From contig JANXYG010000052.1 of assembly GCA_025350245.1 (NCBI GenBank), positions 12,265-76,264 on the forward strand: DNA of 64,000 nucleotides. Reading direction: 5' to 3'. Source of the DNA: Betaproteobacteria bacterium. GTDB lineage: Bacteria > Pseudomonadota > Gammaproteobacteria > Burkholderiales > Ga0077523. The position numbers and the translations under genes are program-made. Positions 17,066-25,204 of this stretch are shown here, piece by piece. The notes beneath the pieces are model-generated. The model searched no databases. It was not told the DNA's origin and worked only from the letters and a program-made list of their open reading frames with translations. Every line of letters starts with the position of its first letter. Positions within the stretch are counted from its first letter, which is position 1.

Positions 17066-18334
17066 TCAACCCGCGCCCGCGTTGACGCTGGCGTTGAGCG
17101 AGCGACCGGGATTCGTGTAGAGCGGTCGCGACACATACTCGTGGCGCGCGAGCAGTCGCTCGACGACAAATCGCTGGAGATCGAGAGCCATCTCGCACGT
17201 TTCGAAGGTCGCGGGTTGGTCGTCAATCCGCTGCGACAGGAACGGTGACGGATTGTCGTTGCCGGCGATGTCGCGCTGGGCGCGTGCGGCCCGACCGGAC
17301 CACAGGTCGATCGCCGCGACCGCGGCGCTCATGGTTTCGTCGGGTACCCCGGTCGCCTCGGCGCCGGCGCCATGATCGCGTTGAAAGACGTCGACCTGGA
17401 GCAGGGTTTCGGTCAATCCGATCGGCTGCACGATCACCGTCGACATCCAGCGGTCATGCAGCTGCAGCAGCAGGTTGGGGTAGATCCAGATGACGTGGGA
17501 GCCCGGTCCCCGGTCGAGCGCCGGAAGCCGGGCATCGTGCAGTTCCAGGGGACGGGTCTGTTCGTCGGCCGCATCGAAGGAGATCCCCCAGAAGGCCTCC
17601 GTCGGGGGCGCCGATGCAGCGTGCGATGCAGCCGTGTCCGATGGCGGCATGGTCGTGGCGCTGACCGGTTCGAGCACGCTGCGCGGGAACAGCTTCCAGT
17701 TGAAATCGCCGACGCGCTGGAAGCGGCCGACGCGATTTATGCCGGACGCGAGATAGTGGCGCAGGGGCGAGGCCAGGCTTCCCAGCTGGTCTCCGAGATC
17801 CTGTCGGTCGACATCGAGATTGGCGAATGCCAGCGTGCCCAGCGCGGCAATCTGCACCGGGATCAGCTTGTCGGGATTGTTGCCGAGGTACATGTACATC
17901 TCCGGCGTCTCGACACCGCCCGGTTCGGCGTGCATCACATCGCGGTCGCGCGAGTGTCCGCAGGAGGTGAAGGAGCAGGTCGTCTTCCTGCCGGTCTGGC
18001 ACTGGCGCGGCACGAAGCGGCACCCGCCGTGCTGCGCGAAATTGAAATGACCCTCAAGGCCCAGGTCTGCGCGGCGGCGAAGGTGAACACCATGGCTTCC
18101 GATCGTGAACGGCAGGATGTCGCCGACATCGGGGATCCGGTCCTGGTGTCCCATGCAGACCCAGGCGCGCGTCCAGATCTTCTCGTCCTCGAGTTCGGCG
18201 AACGCCTTCGAGCGATAGGCAAGTGGCGGGAGCGTGGTGCCGAGGCCGAACGGCTTCAGCGCTGAATCGTAGAAAGCACGACCGGTCAGATCGTGTCCCT
18301 GGTCGTAGTAACCAAGCAAGGGTTGGAGTGCCAT
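17066..18334 (-). CDS. Rieske-oxygenase alpha-subunit-like protein with non-canonical or degenerate metal-ligand motifs
   Basis: 422 aa from the Met of ORF 17066..18361. The N-terminal region AFAELEDEKIWTRAWVCMGHQDRIPDVGDILPFTIGSHGVHLRRR..GHFN has a RHO-alpha-like layout, with a C-terminal FNWKL motif. In place of CxH..CxxH it has FAQHGGCRFVPRQCQTGRKTTCSFTSCGHS, and no DxxHxxxxH follows NWK. Confidence 0.6.
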   Translation of the reverse strand: MALQPLLGYYDQGHDLTGRAFYDSALKPFGLGTTLPPLAYRSKAFAELEDEKIWTRAWVCMGHQDRIPDVGDILPFTIGSHGVHLRRRADLGLEGHFNFAQHGGCRFVPRQCQTGRKTTCSFTSCGHSRDRDVMHAEPGGVETPEMYMYLGNNPDKLIPVQIAALGTLAFANLDVDRQDLGDQLGSLASPLRHYLASGINRVGRFQRVGDFNWKLFPRSVLEPVSATTMPPSDTAASHAASAPPTEAFWGISFDAADEQTRPLELHDARLPALDRGPGSHVIWIYPNLLLQLHDRWMSTVIVQPIGLTETLLQVDVFQRDHGAGAEATGVPDETMSAAVAAIDLWSGRAARAQRDIAGNDNPSPFLSQRIDDQPATFETCEMALDLQRFVVERLLARHEYVSRPLYTNPGRSLNASVNAGAG

Positions 18335-18436
18335 GCGTTCCTCGCTGTCGGTAGGACACACAGGCGCGAGCGCGCCAGTGTGTCTTGCTTCCGGATTCCT
18401 TCGTCGGCCCGGGTGGTGCCCGGACCGGCGTCGGGC

Positions 18437-20848
18437 TCAACCGCCCCGGGAACTCGAGACCTTGTTGCCGGGCGGATCGTAGTCGGCGCGCCCGCGATGC
18501 TTGAAGGCATCCTGGGGTGGCGGCGGCAACGGGCCGTCCTTCATGAAGCGATCGAGCACGTTCTTGACCAGGCGAGAGATATTGTTCTTCGCCGGGTCAC
18601 CGTTGTTCCAGGGAAGCGATCCGCAGAATGCAATGGAACTGAACGCGAAGCAGCCGCCGCCATTCGGGGTCTCGTGATAGGCGATGTCCGAGCGCACGCG
18701 AGGATGCTGCGTTCCGTCCAGGCCTTGCTGGTTGAAGCCGAAATCCTCCATGACGAGCAGGTAGCCTTCGGTGTGCCTGCCAGCCGACGTTGCCACCACC
18801 AGGGTATGCGGAGGAGACCCGAGCATGGTGTCGACGATATCCAGTTCGGTGCCGGCTGCGCCGCCACCCACGAGGCCGAAGTTACCCAGCTTCTCGTCGT
18901 AACCGATACCTTCGAATGCCCACGCGACGCGCGCGTCGTTGCTCTCCGGTGTCCGGCTGTAGTAGGTCGAGATGTCGAAACCTTCGGAAGACATGCCCGT
19001 GCCCGCGACGGTGTGCAGGTATCGGCCACGATAGCGCCACATCCCGCCGAGTTCGCCGGTCGATTGGTGGTAGTACTCGCCGGGGTCGGCGCGCCAGGTG
19101 CGGATGCCGGACTCGCAGCGACGCATCTCGGTGATCACGCCGCGGCCCAGATGGTCGTATCCAGGGTGATAGGAATGCACCCAGTACCAGCCGTCGGCGC
19201 CCATGTACATGAACCGGCCGCCTTGCTGCGTGTAGTTGTGCAAGGCATCGAGCTGCGGCCCGGTGTTGTGCTCCGGGTGGGAGCCGCTGATCACGACGTT
19301 GTAGCCCTTGATCCGGGCGAGGCCGTCGTAGTTCACGTCCTCGTCGGTGATCACGTCGTAGTTGTAGCCGTTGACCTCCAGCCAGTAGATCAGGTGCAGG
19401 TCCGCCGGATACTGCCACGGCGACTGGCTCAGGAAGTGGTCGTATTTGGGGCGCACGCTCAGGATCGGGCGCAGACGCGACGACAGGCAAAGGCCGCTGC
19501 CGTCGGTGTGCGTGTCGTAGATCGATCCGCCGTACTCACGGTGCTCCGACAGGAACATGTTCTGGTGCTGCATGATCGGCACGCGGTACACCAGCAACTC
19601 GGCGCCGCCCGCATTGTTGGCGAGGTGCTCGTTCGCGTAGGCCATGTAGCTGATCGTGGGCATCATGACGGCGATCTTCGCCGTCTCCTGCCCGACATGC
19701 GGCACCACGAAGAACGGAACATAGTCCTCGTCGCCTTCGTTGGTGGTGAGCTTCGCGGCATAGCACGCGCTCTTCAGGTCCTTGGGGACCTCCCATTCGA
19801 AATCCACATCCCAGCGGGCATCGTCCACGTCGTCGTCATGGAAGTGGATCGCGCCGTACTGGCCGGCCGCATGCTTCCAGTCGAATTCATGGCCGGACCA
19901 GTTGTAGCCGGTCATCGCGCGCGTCGGGCAGTTGACGATGCTGGCGTGATGCAGGTACGGCCCCTTGTCCGCGGCGACGATCGTGTTGATGCCGACGCTG
20001 AAATCCCACGCGGCGACGATGCACTCGGAGAGCTTCGGGGTGGGGCCGCTGCCACGGCGCTCGTCCAGGCCGGTCTGTGCGCCGAGCTTCATGGTCTCGA
20101 TCTCGAGCCGGGACAGCGCCCGGTTGCAGACGCGGGGGCTGTCGATCTTGCCGTTGTAGTGACCGGAGATCACGATTCCCTTCGGCACCGAGGACGCGGC
20201 CTTCACGCCGCCGGCACTGTCACCGACAAAGCCGGCGATGACGCACGGGATGCCGCTGTTCCTGACCTTCTCCTTGATGGTGGTCGTCACCGGCGCAATC
20301 TCGGGATCGAGCGCATAGGTGATCTGGGGCTCGTGATACAGAATCGCCTCGCCGGTCTTCGCATCGAAGGTGGCCGCGAGAAAATGCCAGGCGTGATCGC
20401 GCAGCGGCGCGCTGGTGGCCAGCTTGACGCCATTCACGCGCAGCTCGGCACAGCCGGCCTCGTTGATAAACAGCCCGTAGCCGCCTTCGGCCGCGGACCA
20501 CTTCGTGACCAGTCCCTGCGGGCCGTGCTTCCAGTACTTCGGGTGCGTCTTCGGCGTCGTCGGCCAGATCCAGCACTGGAGCGTGAAGCTGTCGAGCTTG
20601 AAACGGATGTTGTCGAGCACATAGCCATACGAGCCGCTGTGAACGACCTGCTTGCGCCCGGTGTATTCGGCGTTCACCGAGACGCTGATCGGCTTCTCGA
20701 TGAAGCCCGGCCCGCGCGGATTGGTGTCACCGTTGATCATCTTGACGATCTCGGCCTTGTACTTCTTCGGGCCGTCGCAGTTCACGAAGAACTTGATCTT
20801 GTCCCCTGGATGGACGCCGAACTTGTCGGCATAACCTGTGAGTCGCAT
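18437..20848 (-). CDS. dmfA2: N,N-dimethylformamidase large (beta) subunit family protein
   Basis: 803 aa from the internal Met (MRLTGYADKFGVHPGDKIKFFV) of ORF 18437..20962, with an AAGGAGA RBS. It has an N-terminal beta-sandwich, a LamG-like segment (LQCWIWP..HAWHFLAATFDAKTGEAILY) and a C-terminal region (AVMMPTISYMAYANEH.., VISGSHPEH). I recall this layout from DMFase large subunits. Not confirmed by search. Confidence 0.7.
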   Translation of the reverse strand: MRLTGYADKFGVHPGDKIKFFVNCDGPKKYKAEIVKMINGDTNPRGPGFIEKPISVSVNAEYTGRKQVVHSGSYGYVLDNIRFKLDSFTLQCWIWPTTPKTHPKYWKHGPQGLVTKWSAAEGGYGLFINEAGCAELRVNGVKLATSAPLRDHAWHFLAATFDAKTGEAILYHEPQITYALDPEIAPVTTTIKEKVRNSGIPCVIAGFVGDSAGGVKAASSVPKGIVISGHYNGKIDSPRVCNRALSRLEIETMKLGAQTGLDERRGSGPTPKLSECIVAAWDFSVGINTIVAADKGPYLHHASIVNCPTRAMTGYNWSGHEFDWKHAAGQYGAIHFHDDDVDDARWDVDFEWEVPKDLKSACYAAKLTTNEGDEDYVPFFVVPHVGQETAKIAVMMPTISYMAYANEHLANNAGGAELLVYRVPIMQHQNMFLSEHREYGGSIYDTHTDGSGLCLSSRLRPILSVRPKYDHFLSQSPWQYPADLHLIYWLEVNGYNYDVITDEDVNYDGLARIKGYNVVISGSHPEHNTGPQLDALHNYTQQGGRFMYMGADGWYWVHSYHPGYDHLGRGVITEMRRCESGIRTWRADPGEYYHQSTGELGGMWRYRGRYLHTVAGTGMSSEGFDISTYYSRTPESNDARVAWAFEGIGYDEKLGNFGLVGGGAAGTELDIVDTMLGSPPHTLVVATSAGRHTEGYLLVMEDFGFNQQGLDGTQHPRVRSDIAYHETPNGGGCFAFSSIAFCGSLPWNNGDPAKNNISRLVKNVLDRFMKDGPLPPPPQDAFKHRGRADYDPPGNKVSSSRGG

Positions 20849-20897
20849 GTTGTGGTCTCCTTCTGTTTGCGATGTGGTCGCGAGTGGGATCGGTCGA

Positions 20898-21338
20898 TCA
20901 GGTGGCGGTCCAGTTGTCGGAGCGACGCTTCCAGCCTTCGTGGAAGTGCTCCGGCATGCCATCGAATTCGGCCATCTCCTCCAGTCGCATCAGGAAGATC
21001 GCGTGTTGCACCTCCTGCTCGTCGGAGAACACGCGTTCGTCCACCAGTTCCGGCGGCACGCCGCGGATGCCGGACAGCCTGCCGATGCGCCATTCCTTCT
21101 CGAGCTTGGTGCAGATCACCACCAGCTTGTTCTTGGCGGGCAGGGTCCGCATGCGCAGCAGGACGCGATTCAGGAGCAGATCCTCGTGGATGCCGCCCGT
21201 GACCACGGTCGTGTCGCCCGGTGTCTCGCACATCAGCACGGAGCAACCCGCAACACCCTTCATGGACTTCATGCACGCCTCGTGTTCTGCCACGAGCCGG
21301 TCGTACTCCGGTGTGCCCTTCCTTGGAATCCGAATCAT
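20898..21338 (-). CDS. dmfA1: Putative N,N-dimethylformamidase small (alpha) subunit
   Basis: 146 aa (MIRIPRKGTPEYDRL..) with a strong RBS (GAGGAGACTCGAATG), 49 nt upstream of the large subunit. Assigned only by size and synteny with described dmfA1-dmfA2 pairs. Confidence 0.5.
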   Translation of the reverse strand: MIRIPRKGTPEYDRLVAEHEACMKSMKGVAGCSVLMCETPGDTTVVTGGIHEDLLLNRVLLRMRTLPAKNKLVVICTKLEKEWRIGRLSGIRGVPPELVDERVFSDEQEVQHAIFLMRLEEMAEFDGMPEHFHEGWKRRSDNWTAT

Positions 21339-21478
21339 TCGAGTCTCCTCATGAGATGGGTAAGCCACGTTTGAACATCGATGCAGGGCCGTCGTGGTAT
21401 CGGTGCGCCCGCTGATCCAGCTGCGCGACGGCGCGTCGACTGGTGTCTCTCTCCTGCATGTCGTACCTGGCCACTGGT

Positions 21479-22174
21479 CTAGATGGTCAGGTGCTGCTCG
21501 ATCAGGTCGTCACTCAGATCCTCCACCGGGCCCTTGGCCGCGATGGCCCCCTTGTCCATGATCACGAAGCGGGTCGCGGCGTTCTTGGCGAACTCCACGT
21601 TCTGTTCGATCAGGATCACGGTGATGCCGAGCTGGCGGTTCAGGCTGATGACGAGTTGCTGGATCTGCTCGACGATGTTGGGCTGGATTCCCTCGGTGGG
21701 CTCGTCGAGGATCAGGAGGCTCGGATCCGTGGCCAGCGCGCGCGCGATGGCGAGTTGCTGGGCCTGGCCGCCCGACAGGATGCCGGCGCTCTTGTCGAGG
21801 TTGTCGGCGAGATAGGGAAACAGATCGAGGACCTTCGCGGGCACTTCGGCATTGCCATCCTTGCGCGCGAAGGTGCCCAGCAGGATGTTCTCCCGGACCG
21901 AGAATTTCGGCAGGATCCCGCGGCCCTGGGGGATGTAGCCGATGCCCGCCGCCGCACGCCGATGGGTGGGCAACTGGGCAACTTCCTGACCGTTGATCCG
22001 GATGGATCCGGTGACGCGCGTGGTCAGGCCCAGGATGGTTCGTGCGAGGGTGGTTTTGCCGACCCCGTTGCGACCGATCACCGACAGCAGGTCGCCTTTC
22101 GCGAGATCGAGCGACAAGCCCTGGATGATCGGGGTCGACCCGTAATAGGAGGTGACGTCGCGCAGCTCAAGCAT
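21479..22174 (-). CDS. ABC transporter ATP-binding protein (UrtE/LivF-like; urea/short-chain-amide importer family)
   Basis: 231 aa from the Met of ORF 21479..22198. Walker A GRNGVGKTT, signature LSGGQAQQL, Walker B LLILDEPTEG. 8-nt overlap with the upstream ATPase gene. Confidence 0.85.
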   Translation of the reverse strand: MLELRDVTSYYGSTPIIQGLSLDLAKGDLLSVIGRNGVGKTTLARTILGLTTRVTGSIRINGQEVAQLPTHRRAAAGIGYIPQGRGILPKFSVRENILLGTFARKDGNAEVPAKVLDLFPYLADNLDKSAGILSGGQAQQLAIARALATDPSLLILDEPTEGIQPNIVEQIQQLVISLNRQLGITVILIEQNVEFAKNAATRFVIMDKGAIAAKGPVEDLSDDLIEQHLTI

Positions 22175-22919
22175 GGGAGGCCTTGCCTTCCTTGCCAAGA
22201 TAGACGCGCCGGACTTCGCTGTCGTTCTCGATCTCCGCGATGGTCCCCTCGGCGAGAAACCGGCCCATGTGCATCACGGTTACGCGCTCGGCGATCTGGC
22301 GCACGAACCCCATGTCGTGCTCGACGACCAGCAGCGTGTGCGAGCCCTTCAGGCTGTTGAAGATCTCGCCGGTCTTGTAGGTCTCCTGCGCGGTCATGCC
22401 GGCCGTGGGCTCGTCCATCAGCAGGACCTGGGGGTTCTGGATCAGCACCATGCCGATCTCAAGCCACTGCGTCTCGCCGTGGGAGAGCTCCTCGGCCTTG
22501 TCCCGCAGGCGCCGCGCCAGACCGACCTGTGTCGCAACCTGCCGCACGCGCGTCTGCGCGGCGCCGTCGCGCAGGACGAACATGTTGCGGATCGGACTCG
22601 TGGTCCGGTTGTGGGCGACCGTGAGGTTTTGCTGCACGGTCAGGCCCTTGAACACCGCCGGCACCTGGAACTTGCGACCCAGACCGTGACGCACCCGCAG
22701 ATGCTCGGGCCAGTGGGTGATGACAGTGTCGTTGAGCGAGATGATTCCCGAGGTTGCCTTCTGCCGTCCGGTGATGAGGTCGAGCGTCGTGGTCTTGCCG
22801 GCGCCGTTGGGGCCAAGGAGGCAGCGCAGTTCACCTTGATGGACCTTCAGGTCGAAGGTGTCGACCACTTTCAACTGGTCGTATGCCTTGGTCAGGCCCT
22901 TGACTTCGAGCAGCGCCAT
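22167..22919 (-). CDS. ABC transporter ATP-binding protein (UrtD/LivG-like)
   Basis: 250 aa. Walker A GPNGAGKTT, signature-like LSHGETQWL, Walker B LLMDEPTAG. Confidence 0.85.
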   Translation of the reverse strand: MALLEVKGLTKAYDQLKVVDTFDLKVHQGELRCLLGPNGAGKTTTLDLITGRQKATSGIISLNDTVITHWPEHLRVRHGLGRKFQVPAVFKGLTVQQNLTVAHNRTTSPIRNMFVLRDGAAQTRVRQVATQVGLARRLRDKAEELSHGETQWLEIGMVLIQNPQVLLMDEPTAGMTAQETYKTGEIFNSLKGSHTLLVVEHDMGFVRQIAERVTVMHMGRFLAEGTIAEIENDSEVRRVYLGKEGKASHA

Positions 22920-24043
22920 CAGACCTGACTCCGCGGTGCGGCAGAGGCCGCGACTGGTGGCGTCCCGGGCTCGGCGTCGGGTCCGGGGGCCTTCGAACGT
23001 CCGATGCGGGCAAGCGCCATTTCGAGGAGACCCGCGAGGCCGTTCGGCAGGAAGCGCACGATGACGATGAACAGGCCCCCGAGCACCAGCAGGAAGCCGT
23101 ACAGCAGTTCGTCACCGAGATAGCTCTGGATGCCATTGACGAAGAACGCGCCGATGATCGCCCCCAGCAGGGACATGCGTCCGCCGACCGCCGCCCAGAT
23201 CACCATACTCACGCTGAACTGGACCTCGAGCGCGGTCGGGGAAACGTACTGCACGATCATCACCCACAGGACGCCGGCGACCGCGGCGATGAATCCGGAG
23301 ATCGTGAAGATCGTGACCTGGTATCCCGCCACGCTGTAGCCGAGGAAGCGGGCGCGTTCCGGATCGTCGCGGATCGCCTGCACCACCAAGCCGAACTTGG
23401 TGCTGAGCAGGAGCTTCATCCCGAGCGTCAGCGCGGCGAGGAACGCCAGGACGATCCAGTACGCCTCGTGGCTGTACGGATCGATGGCGTGACCGGCGAT
23501 GTTCAGGGGGGCCGGCGGCGAGATGCCGTTGAAGCCGGCGGTGTAGGGCTGCATGTCGAACGCCATGCTGTACCAGGCCGAGAGCATCGCCAGGGTGACG
23601 ATCGCCACGAACACGCCCACCAGGCGCGCCTGGAACATCATGGCGCCGAACACGCCGAAGAAGATGGTCGGCACGATCAAGGCCAGGGCGATACCCGTCG
23701 GGGTGTGCCAGAAGGGGATCCACAGCGCCGGCAGTTCGGTCAGCTCATTGGTCAGCATGAAGCTCGGGATCGGCGCGTTGACCGGATCCTGCGACTGCAT
23801 CTGCATGGTCATGCCCATGCCGTAGGCGGCGAGGCCGAACGCGATGCCCTGACCGAGGCTCAGGATCCCGCCGAAGCCCCAGACCACGCTGACCGACAGC
23901 GCCAGCATGCCGAGCACGATGAACCGGGAGAACAGATTGGTCGTGAAGGCGTTCTCGATGAACATCGGCAGCACGGCCAGGACCGCGAAGAACACGAAGT
24001 AGACGATCCACTGCAGGGTGCGGTTGTCGTAGAGGGAATTCAT
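22919..24043 (-). CDS. ABC transporter permease (UrtC/LivM-like)
   Basis: 374 aa from the internal Met (MNSLYDNRTLQWIVYFVFF) of ORF 22919..24154; polytopic and hydrophobic. Start uncertain: there is no clear RBS, and the track start is a TTG at 24154. Confidence 0.75.
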   Translation of the reverse strand: MNSLYDNRTLQWIVYFVFFAVLAVLPMFIENAFTTNLFSRFIVLGMLALSVSVVWGFGGILSLGQGIAFGLAAYGMGMTMQMQSQDPVNAPIPSFMLTNELTELPALWIPFWHTPTGIALALIVPTIFFGVFGAMMFQARLVGVFVAIVTLAMLSAWYSMAFDMQPYTAGFNGISPPAPLNIAGHAIDPYSHEAYWIVLAFLAALTLGMKLLLSTKFGLVVQAIRDDPERARFLGYSVAGYQVTIFTISGFIAAVAGVLWVMIVQYVSPTALEVQFSVSMVIWAAVGGRMSLLGAIIGAFFVNGIQSYLGDELLYGFLLVLGGLFIVIVRFLPNGLAGLLEMALARIGRSKAPGPDAEPGTPPVAASAAPRSQV

Positions 24044-24128
24044 CGTTGCGTGTGGTCGGGCATGGTGTCGGCTGCAAGGCAGCGAGCTGCGCAGACTGGA
24101 AACCGCGGGAACCGGGTGGTCACGGGCA

Positions 24129-25034
24129 TCACCTGCGACCCAGCGATTCGGCAAACAGGCCCTGGGGCCTGAATCGAAGGAACACGACCACCAGCAGGAA
24201 GAGCCAGAACTTGGCGAAGGTACCGTTGGTGAAGTAGGCGAACACCGAATAGATTTCGCCCAGCCCGACTGCGCTGACGAGACTGCCGATCAGCGAACCG
24301 ACGCCGCCGACCACGACGACCAGGAATGCCTCGACGATGTAGCCGCTGCCCATGTCGGGGAAGACGTTCTTGATGGCACCGAACATCGCGCCTGCCAGAC
24401 CGGCGAGACCGGCACCGTAGGCGAAGGTGAGCGTGTAGACCCGGCCTGTATCGATGCCGTGGGCGGAGGCGATCTCCTTGTTCTGCATGACGGCGCGCAC
24501 CATCAGGCCCACCCGCGTGCGATGCATGAGCCACCATGTGCCCGCGAAGGTTGCCAGCGTGACCGCGATGACGAAGAGCCTGAACAGGGAAAGTGAGAAC
24601 ACCCAGAACTGCACGGAGGAGTTCAGGAATTCCGGGCTGGCGATGTTCTTGGGTTCAGGTCCGAGTATCAGCCGGACCGTCTGGATCAGCACCAGCGACA
24701 ATCCCCAGGTTGCCAGCAACGTGTCGAGCGGGCGACGATAGAGATAGCGGACGAGGCCGAGTTCGATCACGGCGCCGATGGCCGCGACGATGACGAATGC
24801 GCATGGAATGCACGCGAGGAACGGGACGCCGAGGTAGCGCTCGAGCACGAACGCGGAGTAGGCGCCGAGCATGACGAATTCGCCGTGCGCCATGTTGATC
24901 ACGCCCATGGTGCCGTAGACGATCGCGAGGCCGAGCGCGGCGATCAACCAGATGCTGGCGACGCTGAGTCCGATCAGCAGCGCGTTCATGAACGGACCGA
25001 ACGCGAAGGCTGTCCAGAAGTGGTCAACGCTCAT
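24129..25034 (-). CDS. ABC transporter permease (UrtB/LivH-like)
   Basis: 301 aa polytopic membrane protein (GVINMAHGEFVMLGAY is typical of the LivH family). Confidence 0.85.
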   Translation of the reverse strand: MSVDHFWTAFAFGPFMNALLIGLSVASIWLIAALGLAIVYGTMGVINMAHGEFVMLGAYSAFVLERYLGVPFLACIPCAFVIVAAIGAVIELGLVRYLYRRPLDTLLATWGLSLVLIQTVRLILGPEPKNIASPEFLNSSVQFWVFSLSLFRLFVIAVTLATFAGTWWLMHRTRVGLMVRAVMQNKEIASAHGIDTGRVYTLTFAYGAGLAGLAGAMFGAIKNVFPDMGSGYIVEAFLVVVVGGVGSLIGSLVSAVGLGEIYSVFAYFTNGTFAKFWLFLLVVVFLRFRPQGLFAESLGRR

Positions 25035-25129
25035 CGAGCAGCTCCGTGCTGATGGAGTCGACCGGTGGCAATCGGTGGCAGAGGCGTGGATCCGGATTCA
25101 ATTGCGGTGGCCGCGGTGGTCCGACAGAG

Positions 25130-25196
25130 AAAAAAAGGCGTCACGTGAAGAGGAGAGGTCTTCGTGCAGGGCAAAGGATCCTGCGCGTGACGCCTT
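25130..25196 (-). terminator. Intra-operon hairpin plus U-tract after the binding-protein gene (putative partial terminator or attenuator)
   Basis: Sense strand: AAGGCGTCACG..(inner GCAGG/CCTGC hairpin)..CGTGACGCCTT followed by TTTTTTT. Starts 9 nt after the SBP stop. Confidence 0.45.
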
Positions 25197-25204
25197 GCCG
25201 TGCA

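Noticed and set aside
18293-21202. 969-aa ORF on the plus strand opposite the DMFase large-subunit gene
   Set aside because: The same GC-driven antisense artefact. The minus frame has a strong RBS and domain-like sequence; the plus frame is low-complexity.
21350-21460. A 36-codon ORF (MQERDTSRRAVAQLDQRAHRYHDGPASMFKRGLPIS) in the urtE-like/dmfA1 spacer, and the alternative GTG start at 21368 for dmfA1
   Set aside because: Neither has a convincing RBS. The ATG at 21338 has a near-ideal GAGGAGA at a 7-nt spacing.
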